DNA of 63,190 bases, filler included, from Folioceros fuciformis (GCA_049999805.1; 37 parts of 37 records of this genome joined end to end with filler, not necessarily neighbours in it), one strand, 5' to 3'; shown: positions 38,330 through 50,602, counted from the whole stretch's first letter. Program-made: numbers and translations. Notes: generated by a model from the letters alone, not told the origin.

Positions 38330-38885
38330 AGATTGAGAAGGAAGGGAGGAAGAAGAGGAAGGGGGCAAGAAGGGAATGGAGGAGGAAGGGAGAAAGGGAG
38401 AAAAGGGGATGGGGGCGGCTGCAACCCTTGCCTCTAGCTCTAGCTAGGGCATGGCCTCCACAACCGTTCATGCCAGCCAAGCAATCAGCCAGCCTATCGT
38501 CAGACCCTGACCCCTGACACTGACATACCCAGATACCCGTTCCTATGTTCAAACCATTATTATATTATTATATTATTATATTATTATATTATTTAATTAT
38601 TTAATATTATATATCTTTAACTAATATTAAACTAATCACCCAACCCTATGGTCTGGTACCGAACCTAAACCTTCCCAGGTTTGGGACCAAACCTATACCC
38701 ACTCTTATAACCAAACCCACTATTTCCTGGTCAATTAACCCAATTAACACAAAGAAAAATAGGAAAAATGACCAGAAAATCAAGGAAAATTAGGGAAAAT
38801 AAGTTGAAAAAGAAAACCAAACCATACTACTATTAACCTTTTTTCAACCAAAACAAACTACTACCCCAAAGTTTGGAGGTTCACA
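38330..38885 (-). mobile_element. LTR-1 5' end
   Basis: Ends GGAGGTTCACA on +. Confidence 0.85.
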
Positions 38886-40329
38886 CTTGAACATTGGCAG
38901 AAGTTGTTGTAGCTGGTCCAAGGCTCTGGGTCCACCGGCTAGCTGGATCTCCGCCGCAACATAGCCTCTCCCCTCGTGGTCTTCAGCCTTCCAATTCAAT
39001 GCAGTAGGAGAAGCTTGTGGCAATTCCCCATTCAACACATCCTCGGTCTCTGGAGCAAATTAGATGGATCGTTCCCGAACATGACCATTGCCAGATACCT
39101 CCTGAGGGGCCTGCTGTTGCCGCCAAAGTTGTAAGGTCTCCTGCCTGCCCGCCCCTTCCACACCTATGGAGACCCAATCCAGCGGCTTTTGAGGTGCTGC
39201 TCCATCCTTCTCCCTTGGTGGTAAGGAAGGGGTTCCTGAACCCGGCTCCGGGGAGCCGATTTGCTAAGCCTCAAAGGAACGGGCTAAGGATCTCTCCTTG
39301 GCCAACTTCCTTGCCATTCTCCCCACATCTGGTGACACTCCAATGCCTCCTTCTTGTGCCGCCCTTCCCTTTTCTTGCATTTCGTCCATTGTAAGACTCT
39401 CCCCACCTTGCTAGGCCAGATGAGTAGCGCTTGTCCTTGGTCCTTTAGAGTGTTTAGGACCACCTTTGACTCCTGGCACCTGCTGGCAATCTGGGAAACA
39501 CAGGCCGTCCTCAACACCCACCTGATGTGACACCAACTTGTCAAGCCCCAGCCTAGCGCTAGGCCTTGTGCGTTCCCCTGCCTTGGGGTTTTGACACTCC
39601 CGCAGAACCCCCCCCTTGAGTTTAGGGTTTATGCTTTTGCTGCCATGCTTTTCGCCCCAGTCTCTGGCTCTCCGGAGTGCGAGACTATCTCAACATTCGT
39701 TGGACCCCCACGTTATCATCTGGATTAAGTACCCCACCTTTCACTTTCTTTCCTAGGGGTACAAACCTTGCTTCTAGCCCTACAGTGTTTGCTTCCAGCG
39801 AGACACCTGAGGAATGCTGTTGAGTGGGAAGATCTCCCCAAGTACCCATTCCCTCCATTGAGGGTCTGTTCGTCGGGGTAAACTCATACTCTGCTTCCAA
39901 GACACTACCAACCTATGTTGTTGCGGGACAGCTAGGCTATTGATCACCCCTCCTTTGGTCAGGCACCCCGTTTGTAACCTTGTTCTCCTTAGAAGGATTG
40001 CTGAACCCACTTGCTGGTGACAAACCTACCTTTCAATTGTACTCCACGCTACTGAGCTCCTCCTCCATAGGCACAACATCCTCTACCACCAAGTCCTCTT
40101 CCCATCTGAGTTCTTAGATGCCTGGGAGTTTGATCAAGATCGGAGCCGTGAGAAGACCTAAAAAGCCAAGGTGAGCCTTGAAGACCACCTTAGATGTGAG
40201 AGTAACCCTGCCTTTGCCAAACTTTGCATCCTTGATACAAGCCAGCACTTGAGGCTCCCCCATCCACTGCGACACATTAATGTCTCGAAGTCAGCACTCC
40301 TCTCTCAGCTCAATCACTGTGTTGACATA

Positions 40330-40511
40330 TGTGGACTCCACATGCTGAACAGACCCCTAGGAAATGATAGGTTTTCTTTTTTTTGGGATTTGTGAGTGAG
40401 TGTTGTAGAGGAAATGTTGGAAGGTTAGGTTAGAATAGTAGCTAGAGTGATGGTGAGTCGATAGGGTAGGTAGGTTGTGTGGTAGATAGGACGTGGGCTC
40501 TGGTTCCTGGG
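40330..40511 (+). mobile_element. LTR-G terminus
   Basis: TGTGGACTCCACATGCTGAACAG...; diverged homolog of the reverse complement of ~41220-41342. Confidence 0.6.
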
Positions 40512-40611
40512 NNNNNNNNNNNNNNNNNNNNNNNNNNNNNNNNNNNNNNNNNNNNTTAATTAATTAANNNNNNNNNNNNNNNNNNNNNNNNNNNNNNNNN
40601 NNNNNNNNNNN

Positions 40612-41342
40612 CAACCTCACCTCAGCCAACATGCAAGGTGGTCAGCCATTGCGGATCCTGCCACACGAATCTTTGCAGTCTTGGGATCCTCCACGTTCCC
40701 CCAGTGGCAAGGGAAATCAAGACCTTGGTTTAGTCTCAACCAGCTCAGCGCCCTAAGCCAGGAGTTCTGCACCCAAGGTCCAGGGAAATCGCACCGTAGA
40801 CAACAACCTCCTCAATGGCAGGTCTAGCCTTTTATACTACCTTGGCCCAAACCTCCATCTCTATCTATTAGGGTTAGCCTTAGTCAACCACCCAGCAATC
40901 TCTCTCTGACCTAAGCCGCCCCTAATTCTGACCTAAACCTAACTCTGACCTAACCCTAACTTTGACCCAAACCTAGTTTTGACCTAATCCTAACCCTAAC
41001 TCTGACCTAACCTTAATCCGACCTAATAGGGGTTGTCCCATGGACACCACTGGGTGCCCTTACCGAAATTGACCAACCTCTCAAGACTACCAAAATGGTT
41101 AGTGCCTCTCAACACTCTCCCTCTTCTCTCAAATCATTCCATCCCTTCTCTCAGATCATTCTATCCCTAAGGGCCCTTCAGAGCATCCAGCAACCCTTCA
41201 AAGACCCGTCTCGCCTCACCATTAATCTAGCTACTAATCTAACCTAATCTTCTAACCATTTCACCACAGGATTCACTCAGAGATTCCCAAAAAGAGAAAT
41301 CCTACCATTTTCCAAGGACCTATTCAACATGTGGAGTCCACA
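40612..41342 (-). mobile_element. LTR-G terminus with degenerate CTAACCCTAACTCTGAC array (~40920-41027)
   Basis: Minus strand starts TGTGGACTCCACATGTTGAATAGG and interrupts copia RT right after KWV. Confidence 0.65.
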
Positions 41343-41530
41343 ACCCACTTGCAAGTTACTGGCTTTGTGCCAGGAGGTAGATCCACCAATTCCCATGTAC
41401 CATTGTCCAGCAGTGACTGGTACTCTGAATCAATTGCCGCTGACCACTTTGATGCCTCTGGCCCGCTGATAGCCTCTTTGTAGGATAGGGGCTCGCCCAA
41501 GCTGCCAGGTGCGCTGTCATCCTGCACAAG
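41343..41530 (-). mobile_element. Ty1/copia RT N-terminal piece between two insertions
   Basis: EPLSYKEAISGPEASKWSAAIDSEYQSLLDNGTWELVDLPPGTKPVTCKWV. Confidence 0.92.
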
Positions 41531-41689
41531 TGTGGAGGCAAAACCTCGGGCACTGATTGCCGACGGGTTCCACCTTTAGTGGCCACACTTATCCCACTGT
41601 CGTTGAGACATTGGGTTTCGTTCCCACGAAGGAGCGATGGGGTTCCTTGCTGCTGTGGATGGAGGGTCGGACTTGATCGACTCGATGAT
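41531..41689 (-). mobile_element. LTR-1 3' end
   Basis: TGTGGAGGCAAAACC on +. Confidence 0.85.
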
Positions 41690-41789
41690 NNNNNNNNNNN
41701 NNNNNNNNNNNNNNNNNNNNNNNNNNNNNNNNNTTAATTAATTAANNNNNNNNNNNNNNNNNNNNNNNNNNNNNNNNNNNNNNNNNNNN

Positions 41790-43077
41790 CACCAACACCA
41801 GCAACTAACAACGACACCACTACCTTCTACACTTCCCTGTTAACTCCTCCTACCCGGCAAGAGTCACTAGACCAACCCCAAAGAAAAGAAAGAAGGGAAC
41901 ACACTCCCCTCTCGGATATCTCCTCCCCACAACCTTACCAGACGCCATGAAACATGACCGGCCTACAGCACTTGTCCAAACAGGGAACAAGAGTGGACAA
42001 GTCGAGAGAAAGACACATCCTTTACAATCAAGAGCTAGGGGCAAGCCCCTTCACCGTGGTCATTACACCTTGTGACCCTACCAGACACTATACAACTGGC
42101 AACACGCGGCTTGCGATCCTACCAGACGTTGCACCGCCGGCACACACAACAGGTCCTAAACCAAGTAGGGACAGACCACAAGAGCTCATGTAGCGAGTAC
42201 CTCCAAGAGCTCACGAAGTAACAGACTGACTCCCAAAGTGAATGACTACCTCCTCCTACAGGCTCACCTGATCTTATAGGAGCCTCTCTCTCTCGCTGAC
42301 TTCACCTCTCTCTAGCTTGACAAATATTATTTTAACAGGACCACTAGCCGGCTGTCACCAGCCACTTATTTAGAATTCTAGCACATCCTGCCACCAATGA
42401 GCTGGCCCTACCACCACAAGGATCTACCACCTCTTAGACTATCCTGATACTTTGGAGGATGTCTGATCTTCAAAGATCTGCGGGCGCCGCCTCTTCCTTA
42501 CTACATGGCTGCCCGCTAAGTCTTCCCCTGCAATTGTTCACCCTTGGTGGCTGCACCAGCCTCCAGGGGAGGAGCATGAGCAATGGGAAAGATAGAGAAG
42601 AGGTGGGAAGGAGTGGGATGAGCAGCCGGAACCTGGCCTGAAAACGATAGCTTATTCAGCGGAATCAGCTTCCAGCCGAAATGGTTCCTTGGCCATGGAA
42701 GACTGACCCTGGGGTGCTGGAATAGGCCCCGAACTAGGAGGAAAAGAAAGCAGGTGAAATAGAGTTGAATTGGAATTTCTGGAATTAAATCCAGAAAAAT
42801 AGGGATGAAAATAGAAATGGGGGAATTAGGAAAATAAAAAGAAAAGAAATATGGGGATACGTATATGGTATACATATCAGTACATATTAAATACCTATCT
42901 AAACCATATAAAATACAAGGGGTGTACGTATACGGACCGTATACGGTCCCTAAATCATTAGATTAGGGGCCAAGGGGAGTGAGGACCTAAACCCTAAACC
43001 CTAAATCCCGGGATGGCGAAGGAGGAGCGGGCAGGAGAGCAAGGGGAAATCAGCCATGGGAGGAAACGGGGCAGAAT
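41790..43077 (-). mobile_element. LTR-1 body
   Basis: Collinear with ~25590-26819. Confidence 0.8.
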
Positions 43078-43177
43078 NNNNNNNNNNNNNNNNNNNNNNN
43101 NNNNNNNNNNNNNNNNNNNNNTTAATTAATTAANNNNNNNNNNNNNNNNNNNNNNNNNNNNNNNNNNNNNNNNNNNN

Positions 43178-43606
43178 TTTGGGGTTAGTCTAGTGACTCT
43201 TGCCGGGTAGGAGGAGTCCATAGGGAAGTGTAGAAGGTAGTGGTGTCGTTGCTGGTTGCTGGTAGTTGTTGGTGTTGGTGCTGGAGCGAGAGAGTGAGTG
43301 AAGTGTGTGAGGGAAGTCGCAGATCTGAGAGGTTAGAGTCGTTGTAGTGACTGGAGTGAGTTTGTGGGCACCGAGAGGTGCAGCTGACCGCCGGACAGCG
43401 AGGCCAGTCCTACGCCTGATCGGAGCTGGAGGGGAGCCCTCGAATCCATCATCGAGTCGATCAAGTCCGACCCTCCATCCACAGCAGCAAGGAACCCCAT
43501 CGCTCCTTCGTGGGAACGAAATCCAATGTCTCAACGACAGTGGGATAAGTGTGGCCACTAAAGGTGGAACCCATTGGCAACCAGTGCCAGGGGTTTTGCC
43601 TCCACA
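43178..43606 (+). mobile_element. LTR-1 3' end
   Basis: Ends GGGGTTTTGCCTCCACA, inserted in copia gag. Confidence 0.85.
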
Positions 43607-43889
43607 CAAGATGATGAAGAGTGACTTCATCGAGGCCCGAGATAAGGATATGCATAGCTAGCTTGTCTTGTTTCAACCAAGAGTCATGGGTAGGTGAAGG
43701 CCCATTAGGTTTGGTGATAAATCCATCAACTATGCCAAGTAGATCTCTTGTATTCAAGACAGAACGCATGCGTTTGGACCATATCTCGAACTTAGTGCCG
43801 TCAAAATGGTCTTTCTCTTTGAATTCAGAAGTCACATTCATATAATTTATGATAGGAGTAGGGGGCATGTTTGATGAGGAAGCCATCAT
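43607..43889 (-). mobile_element. Ty1/copia gag N-terminus
   Basis: FDGTKFEIWSKRMRSVL..LLGIVDG..QDKLAMHILISGLDEVTLHH; the last motif is shared with the copia at 5078. Confidence 0.85.
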
Positions 43890-45635
43890 GATAGAAGCAA
43901 ACAATAGTGATTAGATAGAAGCAGAAAAGAAATACAGGAAGGACTGCCAACTCCAAGTTATGACGAGAAGCCAAGTAGTCTTCAAATATATATGTTGATA
44001 TATCAAATCTTGAATAGGATCAACTCAAATGTTATATGAATAAAAGTCTAGAAAGTCAAGCAGCCCAATGAACGATGCCACAAGTACTAGGGCCATAAAC
44101 AGTAGAAAGATGTTGAACTGCTTGGGCAATTAAGTGCACTGACTCAGAGAGCTGATTAAGATAATCCCAGAGATGACGACACTCCAGTTGAAATAGCTCT
44201 TGAGGAGTAGCACCAGCTTGCTGATAAAGGTAACGGTGAGTGGCAAGGTCGTCAGGTTGAAAGTGCGGCGACAAGGGCTCTTGCTTGATGACTAAATCTG
44301 GAAAAACTGGACACTCCACCGCCAGAGGCTGCGTATAAGGAGGCGAGGAGCTTTGAGTAGGTGCAAATGAGGGCTGAGGAGGNNNNNNNNNNNNNNNNNN
44401 NNNNNNNNNNNNNNNNNNNNNNNNNNTTAATTAATTAANNNNNNNNNNNNNNNNNNNNNNNNNNNNNNNNNNNNNNNNNNNNCGCTTGTAACTTTTCTCC
44501 TCCTTTGCCAACTCCTTCAGACCCCTTACGCCTCTTGCCAAGTTCCTAACTAAGTTTTGTATCCTCGAGTTCTTGTCTCTCAATTCTATCTAATCCACTC
44601 ATTGCATGTGGAACTCTCTCCTCTTCCTTCAGACCATCCCCTGCTGTAGGAGTCCCCCCCATTTTCTTGCTATTTTCTTCTTTTCTAATCAATCTCGGTC
44701 ATTCTATCCCTCTCCTAAATCTTCCATCCTTCCCTGTAACCATAGTCGCACTCTCAACCAGTCTTTCAGCCCCCCCATCCTCGTCTCTACTGTTACACTT
44801 TGTTGACAAACGTGTCTGTTTGGTAGTAGCTTGAGTCATCCTAACACTTTTGATTACAAGCCTTCTCATTTTGAAAAGTTTCAGACCTACCAAGTAGTAT
44901 CTCAAACTAAGGAACTTGAGAACTTTTTAATGCAACCCTTTTCTTATACTAGTTTATATCCAAACTAGCAAGGAAACAAAGTGGAGTACACCAACTCAAA
45001 GACTTGGCGTCTTGAGATATTTCACTCTAAGTTATGCTCACGATCTTTTCTCTTCAAACACTCTATCAAACTTTCTATGTTTGAAAAATGTCTTTTAAGC
45101 ACCCGCAAGTCCTCACAAAAGATTTCCAACTGAGTCTACTTGTAAGGTCTGGATCCTCCCAATATGAGTCACCTCAAAGTTTGTTGCCGCTTCTCTCTTT
45201 AACGGTCCTCCTCTTCTTCTTTAAGTTCCTTACTGTTAATTTTCTGTGATTGAGCCCAAAACTTCAAATCTAAAGAGGATTCTCCTTCCACGAGCTTGGG
45301 ACATGTCTCACTCTTTACATCCTTCCTCACTGCTGCCTTGTTTGCAGACTGGCACCTTCAATGTACTCCGCTTGATCTACAAAACTTCTCACAAACCATT
45401 CAAACCTGGAATGCTCAAACAATTTTAACTTAAGAGCTTTTTACTTCAACTCCATAATAGTTGCCATGGAAGTAAGCAATACTTTGCCTGGTCTTAACAT
45501 ATAAATTATTTCTACATTGTTGTGTTCTCCTCACTNNNNNNNNNNNNNNNNNNNNNNNNNNNNNNNNNNNNNNNNNNNNTTAATTAATTAANNNNNNNNN
45601 NNNNNNNNNNNNNNNNNNNNNNNNNNNNNNNNNNN

Positions 45636-46358
45636 AGCCGACACAGTTTCCTCAAGACAGGAGGATAAGTTAGGGCATGCTTCAGCACAGGAGGGTTCCT
45701 CAAGGTGGAAGGACATTTTCAGGTGCAGGCCTCAGAGACACAGGTTGCAGGTGGGGGACCTGGACAAGTTGCGAGAATTCCTGGGCAGACAAATCACGGC
45801 GAGAGGAATGGGCACAGGAGGGGTGCAAGAGGTGGACCTACCCAGGCTGAAGTGCAGGCGCTGAAAGAGCAACAGGGGACCCTGCTAACTCAGGTGAGGG
45901 AGGCTCACGAGACTAACCTGGAAATGCAATAGGAAATGGCTAGGGCACAGGAAATGGAGATAGCCGCTGTGGAGCAGGCTCAGAAGTTGGCTGACAGATA
46001 CAAGAGGGAGCGGGATGAGGCCATAGAGAGAGTGAAGGGGAAGAGCAAGGCTGGGCGACCGAGTCAGTTGGTGCCCCCGGTAGCAAAAGGGGCTACCAGT
46101 AGCCAGACCAGGGGAACGGTAGTTGAGGGGACTACCGGTAGTCCGGTAGTCCACGGGACTAACGGTAGTCGGGTAGCCGATGGGGCTACTGGTGGCCCAG
46201 CAAGGCCCAGGATAGCGGAAGAACCAACCCTGGAAACGAAGGAGGAAGCAGTAGGGGCGCTTGCCCCTAGGCGCTCTAGGAGGGTGACCCATACTAGGAG
46301 GATAGAGCCGGAGGAGGCAACAGCTGGGCAGGCAGAGAACCTTCAGGTACTCCAGTAA
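45636..46358 (+). pseudogene. Repeat-borne coiled-coil ORF (decayed)
   Basis: LLTQVREAHETNLEMQ*EMARAQEMEIAAVEQAQKLADRYKRERDEA matches ~30260-30420. Confidence 0.6.
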
Positions 46359-46415
46359 GAGGGGGAGTAGGCAACCCGAGGTAGCCCAAGGGAGGACGGG
46401 GTAAGCACCTCTGTT

Positions 46416-46907
46416 ATGACAAAAGGTCGAATTGTGCTGCAGTATGAGGAGGAGGCCTCCTATGTGCCAGGCCTGTATGTAGAAGGGGCCAAAGTTCTGA
46501 AGCTGTTTCTGTATGTACGTATGGGCACAGGAGAGACGCGGGGCTACGTCCTACAACTGAGGAGTCGCCTGGGACTCTACCACTACAGATGGTGGGTGAC
46601 AGGACTGCCCCACTGTTATGCGGAGGCAGTTCTGGAGGAACTGACGGAAGAGGAGGCCCAGCGCTGGGTAGAATGGGGGCCTGTGGCTATCCTCAGCAAC
46701 CAAAGAAGGAGGAGGGGTGGTGGACCACAGCAGCAGGACCCACCTGCGCCGCCAGCCAGGTCCAGCAGCAGCAGCAGTGATGTGGAGATCCTCTGGGAGG
46801 ATCTGCCGGACCAACGAAGGGGCAGAAGAGCGAGAGGAGGAACAGCAAGGGGCGACACGCGAAGGCCAGGAGGAAGCCGCCAGCGGCGTGGAAAATGGCG
46901 ACAGTAA
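46416..46907 (+). CDS. 163-aa hypothetical protein, second ORF of the repeat-borne module
   Basis: Open ATG-to-TAA; YVLQLRSR..CYAEAVLEELTEEEAQRWVE is conserved at protein level with ~30718-30862; Arg/Gly-rich tail. Confidence 0.5.
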   Translation: MTKGRIVLQYEEEASYVPGLYVEGAKVLKLFLYVRMGTGETRGYVLQLRSRLGLYHYRWWVTGLPHCYAEAVLEELTEEEAQRWVEWGPVAILSNQRRRRGGGPQQQDPPAPPARSSSSSSDVEILWEDLPDQRRGRRARGGTARGDTRRPGGSRQRRGKWRQ

Positions 46908-47456
46908 ATGTAGGCTAGAATAGAATTTTTTTTAGCGTGCTTTATTTGGACCTAAGTCGCTCAGGATTTAAGAGCGCAGCTCCCCTACCTGACAGACTTT
47001 ATGGCGGAAAAACTGCCATCATCGTGTACAAGAGGCCAGTTTGGAGGCCTAAGGAATCAACAAGCACCAGCCGAACAGTCGACCTTGCAGGGACCTAGCG
47101 ATGGCCATTGCTGGACAGGAGGTCCAGGCAAGCGAGCGCACGTAGTAACCAGGGGTGCGGGTGTCGGTGGTGGGCGCTTCGTGATTAAGTCCGGGGACGA
47201 ATCGGGAGGAGGAGCCTCGCCAAGTGGGAAAGAAGCTCCCCAGCTATCCTCGAGGTGATCACGTGGGGTGGTGTGGGTGTCGGAGCCGAATCCGCGAGTG
47301 CGGAGCGGAAGGGACTCCCCTTCCCTTAGCTCTGGTGCCTCACCATTCCTCAACGTNNNNNNNNNNNNNNNNNNNNNNNNNNNNNNNNNNNNNNNNNNNN
47401 TTAATTAATTAANNNNNNNNNNNNNNNNNNNNNNNNNNNNNNNNNNNNNNNNNNNN

Positions 47457-47879
47457 CCCTGACCCCTGACATTCACATACCCCCACATATTCTCGTTCTT
47501 ATGTTCAGACCATTATTTTATTATTTTATATATTCTAATTATTTTATATATTATATTATTATTATTTAATCATTTAATATTATATATCTTTAATTAATAT
47601 TAAACTAATCACCAGACCTAGACTCAAACTTTCCCAACCCTATGCCCCGGTACCGGACCTAAACTTTCCCAGGTCTGGGACCAGACCTGTACCCACTCTA
47701 ATAACCAAACCAATTATTTCCTAGTTAATTAACCTAATTAGCACAAAGAAAAATAAGAAAAATGACCAGAAAATAAAGAAAAATTAGGAAAAAGAAGTAG
47801 AAAAAGAAAACCAAACCATACCACTCTTAACCCTTTTTCCTCCCAAACAAACTGCTACCCCAAACTTTGGAGGTTCACA
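47457..47879 (-). mobile_element. LTR-1 5' end
   Basis: Ends GGAGGTTCACA on +. Confidence 0.85.
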
Positions 47880-48733
47880 TCTGGGTGGGTAGTGTGTGCA
47901 CAACGTTCCTAGGGGTGGTTGAGAGCTTTTGCTCCATAGTTGGTGATGAGGGGGACAAATCAGCAAATTCCCTGTTGAGTTGAAGGTCACCTTCCCTTAT
48001 TCCCTGAACTATGGTATGCGGTGAGTGGTGAAGGGGACGAATCCGCTAGCTTCGCAAAGTGGAAGGAGAGTTTCTCTTTCCCTTATTCCTTGAACCGCTG
48101 ACTGTGTTCCGTGGCTGAGGAGAGGGGGACGAATCCACCGTTATGCGGAGTGGAAGAGGAGTGGCTCCTTCCCTTGTTCCCTCAACCGTTGGCTGCGTTT
48201 TGAATTTGGAGTTGAAGAGCGTGTGTGAGAAGATGAGGAGCTGAAGTGTGGATGAAGGAGTGAGTCAAGAGTGAGTGTATGAGAAGGAGAAGGGTGAAGG
48301 ACTAAGTGGGTGAGAAGAAGACTGAAGGAGTAAGTGAGCTAAGGAGTGGTGAGGGGGACGAATCTGCTAACTGCGCGCAGTGGAAGGAGAACTTCTCTTT
48401 CCCTTATTCCCTGAACTATTGACTGACTGGCCGTAAGCTGAGGAGAGGGAGACGAATCTGCCCACTGCGCGGAGTGGAGGGAGAGTTTCTCCTTCCCTTA
48501 TTCCCTCAACCGTTGGCTGCGAAAGAGTGAGCTGAGAGACTTAGGAGGATCCTGGAAGATTGTTGAGATTGCTGCAAGATTGCTGGAGATCTGAAGAGAA
48601 TCGTTGAGAAATTGTTGGGAGGTTGAGAAAGATTGCTGAGGCTTGGATGTGGTTGCTGGAGAATTTCAGAGGAATTCCTGGATGTTTGTGAGAACTGTTG
48701 AAGACTGTTGAAGCTTGTAAGGAGTTGTGAAGG
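47880..48733 (+). mobile_element. LTR-F internal segment with five copies of a ~65-nt module
   Basis: GGGGGACGAATCC..AGTGGA.GGAGAGTTTCTCCTTCCCTTATTCCC units; homologous to 28870-29200 and 35745-36400. Confidence 0.7.
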
Positions 48734-49069
48734 TGTGAACCTCCAAAGTTTGGGGTAGTAGTTTGTTTTGGTTGAAAAAGGGTTAATAGTGGTATGGTTT
48801 GGTTTTCTTTTTCAACTTATTTTTCCTAATTTTCTTTTATTTTCTGGTCATTTTTCCTATTTTTCTTTGTGCTAATTGGGTTAATTGACCAAGAAATAGT
48901 GGGTTTGGTTATAAGAGTGGGTATAGGTTTGGTCCCAGAGCTGGGAAGGTTTAGGTTCGGTACCAGGCCATAGGGTTGGGTGATTAGTTTAATATTAATT
49001 AAAGATATATAATATTAAATGATTAAATAATAATATAATAATAATATAATAATATAATAATATAATAAT
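48734..49069 (+). mobile_element. LTR-1 5' end
   Basis: TGTGAACC start. Confidence 0.85.
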
Positions 49070-49291
49070 NNNNNNNNNNNNNNNNNNNNNNNNNNNNNNN
49101 NNNNNNNNNNNNNTTAATTAATTAANNNNNNNNNNNNNNNNNNNNNNNNNNNNNNNNNNNNNNNNNNNNGCTATCGGAAATGCATATCAAAATGCATTTT
49201 CATCAACTAAAATTGGATATGAGGTTGCTAGCTCATCTTCCTAAGTTGATTAGGGAAGAAAACTAGCAACAAAGCTATTGAGATATTACAT

Positions 49292-49507
49292 GGCTCTAAT
49301 ACCAAGTTAGAGATGCATTTGCGGAAGTGTCTTGCATCTAGCAGATGCTTTATTAACTAGTAATATGTTCGGTTCATAGGTGGGCTTATAAAGGATGATT
49401 ACGAGGGGGTTTGTCCTTTCACTAGCCTGCTAGTTAACTAACTACCAACTAGCTAAGTCTAGTTTGACTAATCCACATTGGGTCTGGTCTAGTCAACCTT
49501 AACCAAC
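49292..49507 (-). mobile_element. Degenerate short LTR with iMet-type PBS
   Basis: GGCTCTAATACCA (49292-49304) reads TGGTATTAGAGCC on the minus strand; LTR ends are decayed and boundaries approximate. Confidence 0.5.
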
Positions 49508-50602
49508 GCTGTCTGCTCTATTTCTAATTGCATGGGATCGGGTAGCGCATCGGCGACGGCCTCATCTAGGGCATGGAGATCTACTGGTAGGGGAGCCAAA
49601 GGCTCTTCAGCAGGTGGTGCATCAGGCAGAGGCACAGGGGTGGCGACATCTCCCTCCGAAGGTGGCGGAGGGAGGAGGTCGTCGTTGTCGTCCTCAGAGT
49701 CAATGTCCTATTAGGGATCACCATCATCCAGCTGGAATTGTGATAGGGAATCGGGCTAGTGGTGATCAAGACCTAGGAGTGTAGGTACCACAGATTCCTT
49801 TGAGACTGGCCGTGGGAGTTCCAGGAAGGTGACACTACGGGCTAGGGTCATCGGGGTTGAACAGCTTGTAGGCTTTTGCATTCTTGCCGTATCCGACAAG
49901 CATAAGCTTAAGAGGCCTATCCTCCAACTTCCGGCGCTTGGTCTTTAGTATATAAGCATAAGTTGCGGACCCGAAGACTCAAAGGTGAAGGGGGCTAGGT
50001 TTTCGGTTCCAAAATACCTCGTAGGGCGTATGCCCAGGAACTGCACTAGTAATAACGCGATTGAGGATATAAGTGGCAGTGACGATGGCCTCTGCCCATA
50101 AGCTCTGAGGGCGGCCAGCCCATAGTAGCATGCTCCGGGTCATGGATAACAAGGTTTGGTTTTTGTGCTTTGAGACCCCGTTTTGCTGTGGGGTATAAGG
50201 GACAGTTAGCTGCCTTTTAATACCTCGCTCTCGCAAAAAGTCGTCGAAGGCATTATTTACAAACTCTATTCCATTATCGCTTCTCAGGAATTTGAGTTGG
50301 TTGCCCATCTATCTCTCGGCAACTGATAGCCAGTCTTGGAAGTAGGTGAACATGTCGCTCTTTGTATGCATAGGATAAGTCTAGGAGTACCTGCTAAAGT
50401 CATCCGTGAGGGTGAGATAGTAGCGTGCTCCTCCTAGTGACAGTTCGTGAATCTTTTCGGAGAGATCAGCATGGACAAGTTCAAGTGTGGAGGTAGCCCT
50501 GTGAGCATGCTTCGGAAAAGGGGACACCTTCTGCTTTGTGAGACCAAAAGACTCGCACATAGGGAGATGCCGAAAGCACTTGGTAGGGGCTCTTTATACA
50601 AG
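49508..50602 (-). mobile_element. Ty1/copia GAG-pre-integrase and integrase (pseudogenised)
   Basis: LCESFGLTKQK..LELVHADL, LTDDFSRY, LRSDNGIEF..VPYTPQQNGV..LWAEAI..TPYEVF. Confidence 0.92.

Noticed and set aside
38886..40329. Overlapping short ORFs
   Set aside because: No domain signature in any frame; probably decayed repeat sequence.
44483..45535. Possible decayed LINE ORF2 C-terminus on the minus strand
   Set aside because: Only a faint W..RN-like trace broken by stops; not supportable by eye.
48115..48181. Canonical hammerhead ribozyme / retrozyme
   Set aside because: CTGAGGAG..ACGAA is followed by T rather than A, stem II is essentially absent and there is no NUH site; kept only as an uncharacterised structure candidate.
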